Below are positions 9,499 to 20,049 of a stretch of 24,000 nucleotides of DNA, one piece after another (position 1 is the first letter of the stretch; the number at the start of each line of letters is the position of its first letter). The notes beneath the pieces were generated by a model. That model searched no databases, was not told the origin of the DNA, and saw only the letters and a program-made list of their open reading frames with translations. This DNA is from Budvicia diplopodorum (lineage in GTDB: Bacteria; Pseudomonadota; Gammaproteobacteria; Enterobacterales; Enterobacteriaceae). The stretch is from assembly GCF_009800925.1 (NCBI RefSeq), contig NZ_WOYF01000006.1, positions 19,937 through 43,936 of the forward strand, read 5' to 3'. The translations under genes and the position numbers were made by a program.

Positions 9499-10584
9499 AT
9501 GAAACCTTCTATTGTTGCTAAATTAGAAGCTTTACAGGAGCGCCACGAAGAAGTTCAGGCGCATTTAGGCGATTCAAGCGTTATCGCCGATCAGGACCGT
9601 TTTCGGGCACTTTCCCGCGAATACTCACAGTTAGGCGACGTTACCGCCTGTTTCAGCCAGTGGCAGCAGGTTCAGGACGATCTGGCAACCGCTGAGATGA
9701 TGTTAAGCGATCCTGAAATGCGCGATATGGCGCAGGAAGAGATTAATCAGGCAAAACAGAGAACTGAGGAACTGGAGCAGCAGTTACAGGTATTGCTGCT
9801 GCCAAAAGATCCTAACGACGAACGGGGCTGCTTTCTGGAAGTGCGGGCCGGTACCGGCGGTGATGAAGCGGCTATTTTTGCCGGTGATTTATTCCGGATG
9901 TATAGCCGCTACGCTGAGGCACGCCGCTGGCGGGTAGAGATCCTTAGCGCTAACGAAGGCGAGCACGGTGGCTACAAAGAAGTGATTGCTAAAGTCTCTG
10001 GCGATAGCGTTTACGGCAGCCTGAAGTTTGAATCCGGCGGTCACCGGGTGCAGCGCGTTCCTGAAACTGAGTCGCAGGGGCGTATTCATACCTCGGCCTG
10101 TACCGTTGCGGTAATGCCTGAAATTCCAGAGGCCGAACTGCCAGACATTAATCCGTCAGACCTGCGAATTGATACCTTCCGCTCGTCCGGTGCTGGCGGT
10201 CAGCACGTTAATACCACCGATTCAGCTATCCGTATTACCCACATACCAACCGGTATTGTGGTGGAGTGTCAGGATGAGCGTTCTCAGCACAAGAACAAGG
10301 CCAAAGCGCTATCGGTGCTGGGTGCCAGAATTCGCGCGGCGGAAATAGCCAAGCGCCAGTCAGAAGAAGCGTCAACGCGTCGTAACCTGCTAGGAACCGG
10401 CGATCGCTCCGATCGTAACCGAACCTATAACTTCCCGCAGGGTCGGGTGACCGATCACCGAATTAACCTAACGGTATACCGGCTGGATGAAGTGATGGAA
10501 GGCAAGCTGGATATGCTAATCCAGCCAATCGTCCAAGAGTATCAGGCCGACCAGTTGGCCGCGCTGTCCGATCAAGACGCATGA
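9499..10584 (+). CDS. prfA: Peptide chain release factor 1
   Basis: The 361-aa ORF carries the GGQ motif ([14 protein letters not shown]) and is collinear with E. coli RF1. Confidence 0.98.
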   Translation: MKPSIVAKLEALQERHEEVQAHLGDSSVIADQDRFRALSREYSQLGDVTACFSQWQQVQDDLATAEMMLSDPEMRDMAQEEINQAKQRTEELEQQLQVLLLPKDPNDERGCFLEVRAGTGGDEAAIFAGDLFRMYSRYAEARRWRVEILSANEGEHGGYKEVIAKVSGDSVYGSLKFESGGHRVQRVPETESQGRIHTSACTVAVMPEIPEAELPDINPSDLRIDTFRSSGAGGQHVNTTDSAIRITHIPTGIVVECQDERSQHKNKAKALSVLGARIRAAEIAKRQSEEASTRRNLLGTGDRSDRNRTYNFPQGRVTDHRINLTVYRLDEVMEGKLDMLIQPIVQEYQADQLAALSDQDA

Positions 10585-11417
10585 CGTTTAATCAATGGCT
10601 CGAACAGGCCATCTCCCGATTAGAAGGTGGCGACAGTCCGAAGCGGGACGCTGAAATTCTGCTGGGGTTCGTTACCGGAAAAACGCGCACCTTTCTGATG
10701 GCGTTTAGTGAAACGTTATTAACCCCGGCTCAGCGATCGGTATTAGACGAACTGCTGGCCCGGCGTGAGAAAGGTGAGCCGATTGCTTATTTGGTCGGCA
10801 CCCGCGAATTTTGGTCGCTGATGCTCAAAGTGTCTCCGGCAACGTTAATTCCGCGCCCGGATACCGAAAAACTGGTTGAGCTGGCGCTTGAGCGTTTACC
10901 GACCATTGACTGCGATATTTTAGATTTGGGAACCGGAACCGGTGCGATTGCGCTGGCTCTGGGCAGTGAGCGACCCGACTGCCTGATTACCGGTATTGAC
11001 TATCAGCCAGAGGCTATTGCCTTGGCGCAGGATAATGCCGATAGTCTGAATATTAACAACGTTCATTTTGTGCAGGGCGATTGGTTTACTCCGCTGAGTG
11101 AATGCTATTTTGATATGATTGTCAGCAATCCGCCCTACATCGATGAACAGGATCCCCATCTTGCTCAAGGGGATGTGCGCTATGAGCCTGACAGCGCCCT
11201 GATTTCAGCAGAGAAAGGTTTTGCCGATCTGCAGCACATCATTGAACACGCTCCTGAATACCTTAAGCCGGGCGGTTGGCTACTGCTAGAGCACGGTTGG
11301 TCGCAGGGCGAGCAGGTGCGGGGGCTATTTAAGCAATATGATTTTGAGCTTATTGCCACCCACCAAGACTACGGCGGCAATGAGCGGGTTACGCTAGGCC
11401 GGTGGTTCAAACATTGA
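10581..11417 (+). CDS. prmC: Release-factor glutamine N5-methyltransferase
   Basis: Its start overlaps the prfA stop (ATGA). It has the SAM-binding motif [12 protein letters not shown] and the NPPY motif (VSNPPYI). Confidence 0.96.
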   Translation: MTFNQWLEQAISRLEGGDSPKRDAEILLGFVTGKTRTFLMAFSETLLTPAQRSVLDELLARREKGEPIAYLVGTREFWSLMLKVSPATLIPRPDTEKLVELALERLPTIDCDILDLGTGTGAIALALGSERPDCLITGIDYQPEAIALAQDNADSLNINNVHFVQGDWFTPLSECYFDMIVSNPPYIDEQDPHLAQGDVRYEPDSALISAEKGFADLQHIIEHAPEYLKPGGWLLLEHGWSQGEQVRGLFKQYDFELIATHQDYGGNERVTLGRWFKH

Positions 11418-11460
11418 TACTTATTACCGTCGAACGCTCGATAAATAGGACTATTTCCTT

Positions 11461-11847
11461 ATGTATATATGGATAAAGCAGCTACACGTTCTCACTGCCG
11501 TTATCAGTATTACGCTATTTGTCCTGCGTTTTTATTGGAAGTGGCGCGGTACAGCGGTTATGCAACGCCGGTGGGTTAAGATTACGCCGCATGTTAACGA
11601 TACCGTTTTATTCGTTACCGGTATTGTATTGATCTACCTGACACAGTTTTATCCGTTTACCGTTCAGGGCGTGTGGATGACGGAAAAACTGATTGCGGTG
11701 ATTATTTACATTGGCCTAGGCCACGTTGCTTTAGGTAAAAAAGCGCCGAATCAGATGGTCAGATCCACGGCCTTTATGGCGGCTATTTTGTGTTTATATT
11801 TCATTGTTATTTTGGCTATGAATAAAATACCGTTAGTAATGGGGTAG
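11461..11847 (+). CDS. sirB2: SirB2/YchQ-family membrane protein
   Basis: The 128-aa protein has four hydrophobic segments and sits in the conserved position after prmC. It contains the RWVKITPHV.DT and EKL..VIIYI motifs of YchQ. Confidence 0.85.
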   Translation: MYIWIKQLHVLTAVISITLFVLRFYWKWRGTAVMQRRWVKITPHVNDTVLFVTGIVLIYLTQFYPFTVQGVWMTEKLIAVIIYIGLGHVALGKKAPNQMVRSTAFMAAILCLYFIVILAMNKIPLVMG

Positions 11848-11849
11848 GC

Positions 11850-12665
11850 ATGAATCACGACAGCGTCACTGATTTTGAATTTGACGAACATCCGTTATAT
11901 GAAGGGATCTGCCGGATTACTCGCTTTATTCGCGATGACTTTCCTGAAGAGGAAGTTCGCCGTGAACTGGATGTGCTTGCCGAACGGGCTAAAAGTATTA
12001 TTCCCAATGATATTGCCGAAGAGCAGCAGTTAGAACAGTTGTTGCACCTTTTCTATCATACTTGGGGATTTGGCGCGGCGGGCGGCGTGTATAATCTGTC
12101 GGACACGCTATGGATAGACAAAGTATTGAAAACCCATCAGGGCGCGCCGTCATCGCTAGGATTGATCCTGATGTATATCGCTGAGCGTCTGGATATCGCG
12201 CTATATCCCGTCATATTTCCAACTCAGCTGTTGGTTAAAGCCGAATGGCTAGACGGCGACTGCTGGGTGATTAATCCGTTAGACGGTGAAACCCTGACCT
12301 GCCGGATTTTAGACGTGTGGCTAAAAGGCCACTTTGGCATTACGGCCAATCTGGGTAATGACGACCTAGGCGATGCGGACAACAGCCATATTATTATCAA
12401 GCTATTGGGCTCTCTTAAAGGGGCGCTAATGCAGGAAAATCAGCCTGAAATGGCGCTCAGGGCGAGTCAACTGGCATTGAGCTTTGATCCAGAGGACCCG
12501 TATGAGATCCGGGATCGGGGGCTAATATACGCACAGCTTGACTGTAATAAAGCCGCGGCGTCGGATCTTAGCTATTTTATTGAGCACTGCCCGGACGACC
12601 CGGTGGCTGAGATTATTAAGATGCAGTTGAGTAGTATTGAGCAAGGGAATGTGACGCTGCACTAA
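11850..12665 (+). CDS. sirB1: SirB1/YchA-family protein (transglutaminase-like / TPR)
   Basis: The 271-aa ORF sits in the conserved position between sirB2 and kdsA, 3 nt after the sirB2 stop. Confidence 0.85.
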   Translation: MNHDSVTDFEFDEHPLYEGICRITRFIRDDFPEEEVRRELDVLAERAKSIIPNDIAEEQQLEQLLHLFYHTWGFGAAGGVYNLSDTLWIDKVLKTHQGAPSSLGLILMYIAERLDIALYPVIFPTQLLVKAEWLDGDCWVINPLDGETLTCRILDVWLKGHFGITANLGNDDLGDADNSHIIIKLLGSLKGALMQENQPEMALRASQLALSFDPEDPYEIRDRGLIYAQLDCNKAAASDLSYFIEHCPDDPVAEIIKMQLSSIEQGNVTLH

Positions 12666-12699
12666 TGGTGTTTGCGTTTGTCTGGATTAGATTTTGTGC

Positions 12700-12835
12700 A
12701 GGTTTCGCCGCTATAGGGCCGAATGCTTTTGTTGCATGGTAGATGCGGCGAGGGGCGAAGTTTGGTAGTTTTGTGGGCCCGAGGGCCTAGCATGCCTAGG
12801 GGCGCTCGGGCGGCTTTCGCCGCTACGACCCCAAC
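12700..12835. repeat. Cluster of nested GC-rich palindromic (REP/BIME-like) units
   Basis: TCGCCGC (12705-11) pairs with GCGGCGA (12745-51). GCCCGAG (12777-83) pairs with CTCGGGC (12805-11) around CCTAG-CATGC-CTAGG. There is also a GCGGC-TTTC-GCCGC hairpin. The 11-mer TTTCGCCGCTA occurs twice (12703, 12815), and the 12-mer CGGCTTTCGCCG (12811-22) recurs at 19895-19906. Confidence 0.6.
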
Positions 12836-12917
12836 GGCATACTCTCCCTCAGGTTTAACTCTATTTAAAGACTTTAGAGACTAAGAAGTCATCCAGTTTA
12901 AGTTTATTAAAGACTAA

Positions 12918-13784
<867 letters not shown>

Positions 13785-13916
13785 AACAGCGTTAATGGCT
13801 AGCTCACCGAGCTTAAAACGCCGCTCTTCGGCCGCTAGGAAAAATTAATATTCCATTAATGCTTATGCGGACGAAATTTACGAGAATACTAAATTAAACT
13901 ACTTTGTCAGCAGTCT

Positions 13917-13942
13917 AAAGCCCGGCTATTTAGCCGGGCTTT
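13917..13942. terminator. Bidirectional rho-independent terminator between kdsA (+) and dauA (-)
   Basis: AAAGCCCGGCT-ATTT-AGCCGGGCTTT. Confidence 0.8.
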
Positions 13943-13955
13943 ATGTTATTGAGGA

Positions 13956-15665
13956 TTAAAATGACTCGCCGGTCACGGTGCCGCTGACTACCAGCGCTTC
14001 TTCTATGGAAGAACAAAACGCCAGCTTGCCGGGAATGGGCTTGACTCTACCGCGCGCCAGCGTTTTTAACGGTTGATATTGAATATCGCAGTTAATCAGC
14101 ATCACGCCCTGCGGCAACAGTTCAACAAAGCGCTGGAAGGCGCTGAGCCCACCGGCATCGAGCACCGGTACCGCATCCCACTGCAAAATGATGGTTTTCT
14201 GAGCCTCGATTTTCAGCGTAAGTTGGTTGAAAATCCGCTCGGCGGCGGCGAAGAATAGCGGGCCGCTAACGCGCATAACCAAGCGGTCGGCGTCAGACTG
14301 TGGCTGAATTTCGCTTAACCTTGTCATGCGGGCGATGCGGCGCATAAACAGCAGCGAAGCCAGAACAATGCCAACCGTGATGGCGATAACCATATCGAAT
14401 AGCACCGTCAATGACATACAAAACAGCATCACAATAATGTCGTCTTTTGGCGCACGCCGCAGTATATCCACCACCTTACGGGCTTCACTCATATTCCACG
14501 CCACCAACAATAGCAGCGAAGACATAGCCGCCAAGGGTAAATACGAAAGGCCCGGCGCCAGCACCAATAGCGCCAGAATCACCATAATGGAATGAATAAT
14601 GGCGGCCACTGGAGAGCTTGCTCCGGCGCGGACGTTAGCCGCCGAACGGGCAATGGCCGCCGTGGCGGTAATTCCGCCGAAAAACGGAGCGGTGATATTG
14701 CCCAAGCCCTGACCGATAAGCTCACCGTTAGAGTGATGCTTTTTACCGGTCATACCGTCGAGTACCACGGCACACAGTAGAGACTCGATGGCACCCAGCA
14801 TCGCCATAGAAAACGCCGCGGGCATTAAGGCTGAAACGGTATCCCAGCTCAGGTTAAAGGGCTTGCCGACAGCGTCCGGCAGGTTCCATGGCAAAACAAA
14901 CTGCGGCAGAATGGGGGGGATCCCCTGACCGGTTGAGCCGTCGTGCATCATATAGCTAAAGCGTGAACCAATGGTGGCGACCTGATGGTCAAAGTGGGCC
15001 AGAATTACCATAACGGCCGTACCCGCTAACAGCGCCGGTAAGTGGCCGGGAACCGGTAGCTTCAGCCGGGGCCAAAGTATTAATACTGCCAGCGTAACGG
15101 TGGCTATCAGGGTATCTGCCCAGCTGATGGTGGGCATCGCCGAAGCCAGCGCTACAACTTTATCAATATAGCGCTCGGGCACGTTTAGCGTCAGGCCGAA
15201 AAAATCTTTAACCTGCATGGTGGCAATGGTAATACCAATACCGGAGGTAAAGCCCAGCGTGACCGAAATGGGAATATATTCAATCAGGCGGCCAAAGCGG
15301 GCCAGCCCCATCATAATGAGAAATACGCCCGACATCAGGGTAGCGATTAATAAACCCGACAGGCCGAACTGCTGGGAAACCGGATATAAAATAACCACAA
15401 AGGCCGCGGTCGGGCCAGAAACGCTATACCGGGAGCCGCCGGTTAGCGCAATAACAATACCGGCAATCGCCGAGGTGTATAGGCCATACTGCGGCGGTAC
15501 GCCGCTGGCAATCGCCAGCGCCATGGCTAACGGGATCGCGATAATGCCAACGGTAATACCGGCAATAATATCTTTGAGGAATCGATGTAAGCTGTAGGGT
15601 TCGCGCCAACATGCGTCGATTAATGCGCTAAATGGCCTGATACTGTTAACGCTATGCGTTTTCAT
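13956..15665 (-). CDS. dauA: SulP-family C4-dicarboxylate transporter DauA (YchM) with a C-terminal STAS domain
   Basis: Starting from the internal Met gives [24 protein letters not shown]...[29 protein letters not shown]..., collinear with E. coli DauA. The track ORF extending to 15740 is an N-terminal extension. Confidence 0.94.
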   Translation of the reverse strand: MKTHSVNSIRPFSALIDACWREPYSLHRFLKDIIAGITVGIIAIPLAMALAIASGVPPQYGLYTSAIAGIVIALTGGSRYSVSGPTAAFVVILYPVSQQFGLSGLLIATLMSGVFLIMMGLARFGRLIEYIPISVTLGFTSGIGITIATMQVKDFFGLTLNVPERYIDKVVALASAMPTISWADTLIATVTLAVLILWPRLKLPVPGHLPALLAGTAVMVILAHFDHQVATIGSRFSYMMHDGSTGQGIPPILPQFVLPWNLPDAVGKPFNLSWDTVSALMPAAFSMAMLGAIESLLCAVVLDGMTGKKHHSNGELIGQGLGNITAPFFGGITATAAIARSAANVRAGASSPVAAIIHSIMVILALLVLAPGLSYLPLAAMSSLLLLVAWNMSEARKVVDILRRAPKDDIIVMLFCMSLTVLFDMVIAITVGIVLASLLFMRRIARMTRLSEIQPQSDADRLVMRVSGPLFFAAAERIFNQLTLKIEAQKTIILQWDAVPVLDAGGLSAFQRFVELLPQGVMLINCDIQYQPLKTLARGRVKPIPGKLAFCSSIEEALVVSGTVTGESF

Positions 15666-15982
15666 TTCAAAATAACCTGACAGAAAATATGAAAAAATGG
15701 CGGGCCACCAAGGGCCCGTCGCAAATTTAGCCTTAAACAATACGCCGTTTGCTCATTTTATACATAGATGAGCGTCAATTTATTTCGGTATTTCTCTGTT
15801 TAATCTGTTAATTCATCATCATATCAATAGAGAACCGGGCCACTCCATCGTGGTCAGCATCGCTGACGTGCCGCTGTTTTCTTTAGCCTTGATCACCGCA
15901 CAACGAATAACGCCAAACAATCAGCTGTGGTGAGCGTTTTATGCTAACAATCATTTTAGTTGATTATTTTATTTTGAATTCG

Positions 15983-15995
15983 CTCACAGAGTGAG
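15983..15995. promoter_or_regulatory. Short inverted repeat upstream of the sgc promoter, a candidate operator
   Basis: CTCAC-AGA-GTGAG lies about 35 bp upstream of the CRP-like site. I could not assign a binding protein. Confidence 0.2.
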
Positions 15996-16022
15996 ATATC
16001 TGTCCATATTCCCGTCTTTAGC

Positions 16023-16065
16023 AGTGATGTTCATCACAATTTTAACGCCACCCAGCGCCTATAAA
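16023..16065 (+). promoter_or_regulatory. CRP-binding site plus -10 element, a candidate class II CRP-dependent promoter of the sgc operon
   Basis: AGTGATGTTCATCACA (16023-16038) fits TGTGA-N6-TCACA. TATAAA at 16060-16065 puts the CRP centre about 41.5 bp upstream of the predicted transcription start (about 16072). Confidence 0.55.
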
Positions 16066-16130
16066 CGTTCATCAGTTGATTGAATGGTTGAAAAACCACT
16101 GAACGCCAAATAACCCAATGGGAGCAAACC

Positions 16131-17222
16131 ATGACCTTTAATGTTCAAGATACCTTAATGTCGCTGCTGGTGCTGGACGGCATTTCCGGCCACGAACAAG
16201 ACATCGCGTCCGTGATGCAGGAGAGCTTTAACCGTAGCGCTCACGATGTGTGGAAAGATAGGTTAGGCAACGTGGTGGCTCATTACGGTAGTCGTTCACC
16301 CGACGCGTTTCGGCTGATGCTGTTTGCCCATATGGACGAAGTCGGCTTTATGGTTCGAAAAATTGAAGACGGCGGGTTTATTCGGTTTGAGCGCGTTGGC
16401 GGACCCGCTCAGATAACCATGCCTGGCTCAACGGTACGTCTGGCGGGCGAATTTGGGCCGGTTCACGGCTGTATTGGCATTAAGTCTTACCACTTCAGCA
16501 AAGGTGATGAACGCACCCAGTCGCCGTCTATTGACCATTTATGGATAGACATTGGCGCGGCGGATAAACAGGATGCGCTGAACATGGGCATTAAGGTCGG
16601 TACGCCGGTTTGCCTGTATAACCCACCGCAGGCGCTGGGCAACGGCCTGATTTGTAGTAAAGCGCTGGACGATCGTTTAGGGTGTACCGCGCTGCTCGGC
16701 GTTGCCGATGCTGTTGCCGGTGAAGCGCTGAACATCGCCCTGTATCTGGTGGCCTCGGTTCAGGAAGAGTTCAATATTCGCGGCATTTTGCCGGTATTGC
16801 GCAAAATCAATCCGGATATGGCCATCGGCATTGATATTACGCCGTCGTGTGACACCCCCGATCTCGCCGGATATTCCGACGTAGTGATTAATCAAGGCCC
16901 CGGCATTACCTGCCTGAACTACCACGGTCGCGGTACGCTGGCCGGCTTAATTACCCCTCCGGCCCTAATTGCTTTTTTAGAAAGCACGGCTTCACGGCAC
17001 CATATTCCGGTACAGCGTGAAGTCGCACCGGGCGTGATTACCGAGACCGGATATATTCAGGTCGAACAGGATGGGATCCCCTGCGCCAGCCTGTCGATTC
17101 CCTGTCGTTACACCCATTCACCGGCTGAGGTTGCCAGCACCGTTGATTTAAGCGAATGCATCCGTTTACTGGTGGCGGTCGTCCGCTCAAACGGCTCGGC
17201 ATTTCCCATTCAACCACGTTAA
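16131..17222 (+). CDS. sgcX: M42-family metallo-aminopeptidase / endoglucanase-like protein (SgcX/FrvX/YpdE family)
   Basis: The 363-aa ORF has the FAHMDEVGFMV metal-binding motif typical of M42. It is the first gene of a cluster with the same order as E. coli sgcXBCQAER. Confidence 0.88.
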   Translation: MTFNVQDTLMSLLVLDGISGHEQDIASVMQESFNRSAHDVWKDRLGNVVAHYGSRSPDAFRLMLFAHMDEVGFMVRKIEDGGFIRFERVGGPAQITMPGSTVRLAGEFGPVHGCIGIKSYHFSKGDERTQSPSIDHLWIDIGAADKQDALNMGIKVGTPVCLYNPPQALGNGLICSKALDDRLGCTALLGVADAVAGEALNIALYLVASVQEEFNIRGILPVLRKINPDMAIGIDITPSCDTPDLAGYSDVVINQGPGITCLNYHGRGTLAGLITPPALIAFLESTASRHHIPVQREVAPGVITETGYIQVEQDGIPCASLSIPCRYTHSPAEVASTVDLSECIRLLVAVVRSNGSAFPIQPR

Positions 17223-17313
17223 CAGCCAGACTAACCGTTTTGCCGCTCAATCAATGCGCTTGGTCGGTGATTACACGGTTTTCAATACAATTCCCACAGA
17301 GAGGTTAATAACA

Positions 17314-17592
17314 ATGAAGAAGATCCTTGTCGCCTGCGGAACAGGAATGTCCACCTCAACCATGATCGCCCAACGATTGCAGGCGTATCTGAGTGAGCAG
17401 GGCATTAGCGTTATCACATCCCAATGCTGTTTGAATGAAATTCCTTATAACTGTAGCGGTATCGACCTGATCGTCACCTCGATGAAAGTGGATAAGGATT
17501 ATGGCATTCCAACGCTAAACGGCGCGCCGTTGTTAATCGGTATTAATGACGATGCGCTGAAGCAGCAAATTAAAACGCTGCTCAGCCAATAA
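17314..17592 (+). CDS. sgcB: PTS EIIB component, galactitol-type
   Basis: MKKILVACGTGMSTSTMIA... contains the phospho-Cys in the VACGTG context. A GAGAGG Shine-Dalgarno precedes it. The track start at 17254 is an extension. Confidence 0.9.
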   Translation: MKKILVACGTGMSTSTMIAQRLQAYLSEQGISVITSQCCLNEIPYNCSGIDLIVTSMKVDKDYGIPTLNGAPLLIGINDDALKQQIKTLLSQ

Positions 17593-17607
17593 TATTCAGG
17601 AGGCTCC

Positions 17608-18921
17608 ATGTTTGATTACATTTTGTCTCTGGGCGGAACCATTTTCGTCCCGATTGTAATGATTGTTATCGGCCTGATTTTCAGGATCCCGCTGTTTCAG
17701 GCGATTAAAGCCGGCGTAACGGTCGGCATTGGTTTTGTCGGTATGGGGTTGGTTATCGTGATGGCGATCGATAGCCTTAGCCCGCCGATTAAAATCATGA
17801 TCGAACGCTTCGGCCTTAACCTACACGTGCTTGACGTGGGTGCTGGTCCGGCTTCCGGCGTTGGCTATGCCACGGCCATTGGCGCGATTATCATTCCGGT
17901 GATTTTTTTGCTCAATATCGGCATGTTACTGACCCGCCTGACCAAAACTATGAACGTTGATATCTACAACTATTGGCACTTTGCTATCACCGGTTCAATA
18001 GTGCAGATGATAACCGGCAGTATGGTTTATGGCGTATTGGGCGCTATATGCCACGCGGCGCTGTCGCTAAAAATGGCCGATCTGACCGCCAAGCGGGTAC
18101 AAAGCATTGTCGGTCTGGACGGTATTTCTATACCGCAGGGATACGGCTCCAGCTCGGTACCGCTGTTTATCCTGCTGGATAAAGTCTACGGCTATATTCC
18201 TTTCCTCAAGGGGCGAAATATCGATGCCTCAGAGGTGCAGAAACGCTTTGGTATGGTGGGCGATCCGGTGATTATCGGTATCTTCCTCGGCCTGCTATTT
18301 GGCCTAGCCGCCGGTGAGAACTTCAAAGGTACCGCAACGCTGATGGTCACGGTTGCCGCCATTATGGTGCTGTTTCCGCGCATGATCCGGCTGATTGTTG
18401 AAGGGCTGATGCCGATCTCAGACGGCGCACGCAAATTCTTCCAAAAGTATCTTCACGGCCGTGAAGTATATATTGGGCTTGATACCGCCGTTACGCTGGG
18501 CCATCCGACCACCATTGCGGTGGGTCTTCTGCTCATTCCTATCATGTTACTGATTGCCAGCATTCTGCCGGGCAATACGGTATTGCCGCTGGCCGATTTG
18601 CCGGTTGCACCGTTCTTTATCTGTATGGCGACCGTTATTCATCGCGGCGATCTAATCCGCACCTTAATCAGCGGCGTGATTGTGATGGTCACCGTGCTGT
18701 TGATTGCCTCTCATTTTGCCCCGTTCTTTACGGAAATGGCGCGCAACGGCGGGTTTAGCTTTGCCGCAGACGGCACGCAAATCAGTGCGTTATCGGTAGG
18801 CAATATGTTTGGCTGGTCAATATCAGAATTGATGGCCATGGGCATTATCGGCGTGGTGATTGCCGTCGGGGTAGTTTCAGCGGTGGTGCTGTGGTTACGC
18901 ACCAAAGAGTTATCGGCTTAA
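17608..18921 (+). CDS. sgcC: PTS EIIC permease, galactitol-type
   Basis: The 437-aa polytopic membrane protein (MFDYILSLGGT.FVPI.MIVIGLIFRIP...) is near-collinear with E. coli SgcC. Confidence 0.93.
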   Translation: MFDYILSLGGTIFVPIVMIVIGLIFRIPLFQAIKAGVTVGIGFVGMGLVIVMAIDSLSPPIKIMIERFGLNLHVLDVGAGPASGVGYATAIGAIIIPVIFLLNIGMLLTRLTKTMNVDIYNYWHFAITGSIVQMITGSMVYGVLGAICHAALSLKMADLTAKRVQSIVGLDGISIPQGYGSSSVPLFILLDKVYGYIPFLKGRNIDASEVQKRFGMVGDPVIIGIFLGLLFGLAAGENFKGTATLMVTVAAIMVLFPRMIRLIVEGLMPISDGARKFFQKYLHGREVYIGLDTAVTLGHPTTIAVGLLLIPIMLLIASILPGNTVLPLADLPVAPFFICMATVIHRGDLIRTLISGVIVMVTVLLIASHFAPFFTEMARNGGFSFAADGTQISALSVGNMFGWSISELMAMGIIGVVIAVGVVSAVVLWLRTKELSA

Positions 18922-18968
18922 CGGGTTGATGCCACGTAGTTTTGTTTATTAATACAGGAGTATGTCTA

Positions 18969-19775
18969 ATGAGTTGGCTTAAAGATGTGATTGGAACCGA
19001 GAAAGCGGTTATCGCTATGTGTCATTTACGGGCATTGCCGGGCGATCCTGGCTTTGATAGCGCCAAAGGGATGAACTGGGTTATCGATCGCGCCTACGAT
19101 GACCTGATGGCACTGCAAAACGGCGGCGTTGATGCGGTTATGTTTTCCAACGAGTTCAGTATGCCGTATCTGACCAAGGTAAAAGCGGAAACGTCGGTCG
19201 CCATGGCGCGGGTTATCGGTCAGTTAATCACGGAAATTCGCATACCTTACGGGGTTAACGTACTGTGGGATCCGGTTGCCTCTTTTGATTTAGCCATGGC
19301 GGTCGATGCGCTATTTATTCGTGAAATCTTTACCGGCGCTTACGCCAGCGATTTTGGCGTGTGGGATACCAACGTCGGTGAAACCATTCGCCATCAGCAT
19401 CGGATTGGTGCCGGAAAGGTCAAAACCCTGTTTAATATTGTGCCGGAAGCCGCGGTATATATGGGTGACAGAGATATCTGCTCCATTGCCAAATCAACGG
19501 TGTTCAATAACCGGCCGGATGCTTTGTGCGTTTCAGGGTTAACCGCCGGCAGTAAAACCGACTCGGCGACGCTAAAGCAGGTTAAAGACACGGTGCCCAG
19601 TACCGTGGTGCTGGCCAATACCGGCGTGTGTTTAGAAAACGTCGATGAGCAATTAGCCATTGCGGACGGCTGCGTTACCGCCACGCACTTTAAGAAAGAC
19701 GGTATCTTTGACAACTTTGTCGATGGCGATAGGGTGGCGAGATTTATGGAGCGGGTGCGGCATATTCGTCAGTAA
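18969..19775 (+). CDS. sgcQ: BtpA/SgcQ-family TIM-barrel protein of unknown function
   Basis: MSWLKDVIGTEKAVIAMCHLRALPGDPGFD... matches E. coli SgcQ from its first residue. A CAGGAG Shine-Dalgarno lies 9 nt upstream. The track start at 18942 (TTG) is an extension. Confidence 0.92.
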   Translation: MSWLKDVIGTEKAVIAMCHLRALPGDPGFDSAKGMNWVIDRAYDDLMALQNGGVDAVMFSNEFSMPYLTKVKAETSVAMARVIGQLITEIRIPYGVNVLWDPVASFDLAMAVDALFIREIFTGAYASDFGVWDTNVGETIRHQHRIGAGKVKTLFNIVPEAAVYMGDRDICSIAKSTVFNNRPDALCVSGLTAGSKTDSATLKQVKDTVPSTVVLANTGVCLENVDEQLAIADGCVTATHFKKDGIFDNFVDGDRVARFMERVRHIRQ

Positions 19776-19828
19776 GATGGATAAGCAAGGTGCTTTCTCG
19801 AGGCTGCTGACCAATCACACCGGCCGTC

Positions 19829-20014
19829 ACCCCGTTGAAAAACGGGGTCTAGCCCTTAAGCCAAGCGTTAATTGATAGGCTAAATTCTGGGTCCCGGCTT
19901 TCGCCGGGATGACGAGGTAGGGATGGGCATCAGTGAGAGAGAACAGCAGCTTGCATCTCCTTCAGTTTACGGTATAGACAGCACTAAACATGCCCCGAAG
20001 CCTTGATTCGGGGC
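19829..20014. repeat. Three GC-rich hairpins (REP-like) in the 274-bp sgcQ-sgcA spacer
   Basis: ACCCCGTT-GAAA-AACGGGGT (19829-48), CCCGGC-TTTC-GCCGGG (19893-19908) and GCCCCGAA-GCCTTGA-TTCGGGGC (19992-20014). The second contains CGGCTTTCGCCG, identical to 12811-12822. Confidence 0.6.
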
Positions 20015-20049
20015 GCATTACCATCGCGAAACGGTCAGAGGATTCAACG

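Noticed and set aside
13794-13847. 17-codon ORF (MASSPSLKRRSSAARKN) downstream of kdsA
   Set aside because: It has no Shine-Dalgarno and lies in a short hairpin-forming spacer. It is too short and unsupported.
19777-19875. 32-codon ORF (MDKQGAFSRLLTNHTGRHPVEKRGLALKPSVN) at the start of the sgcQ-sgcA spacer
   Set aside because: It has no convincing Shine-Dalgarno, and its frame runs through the repeat hairpin. It is more economically explained as non-coding repeat DNA.
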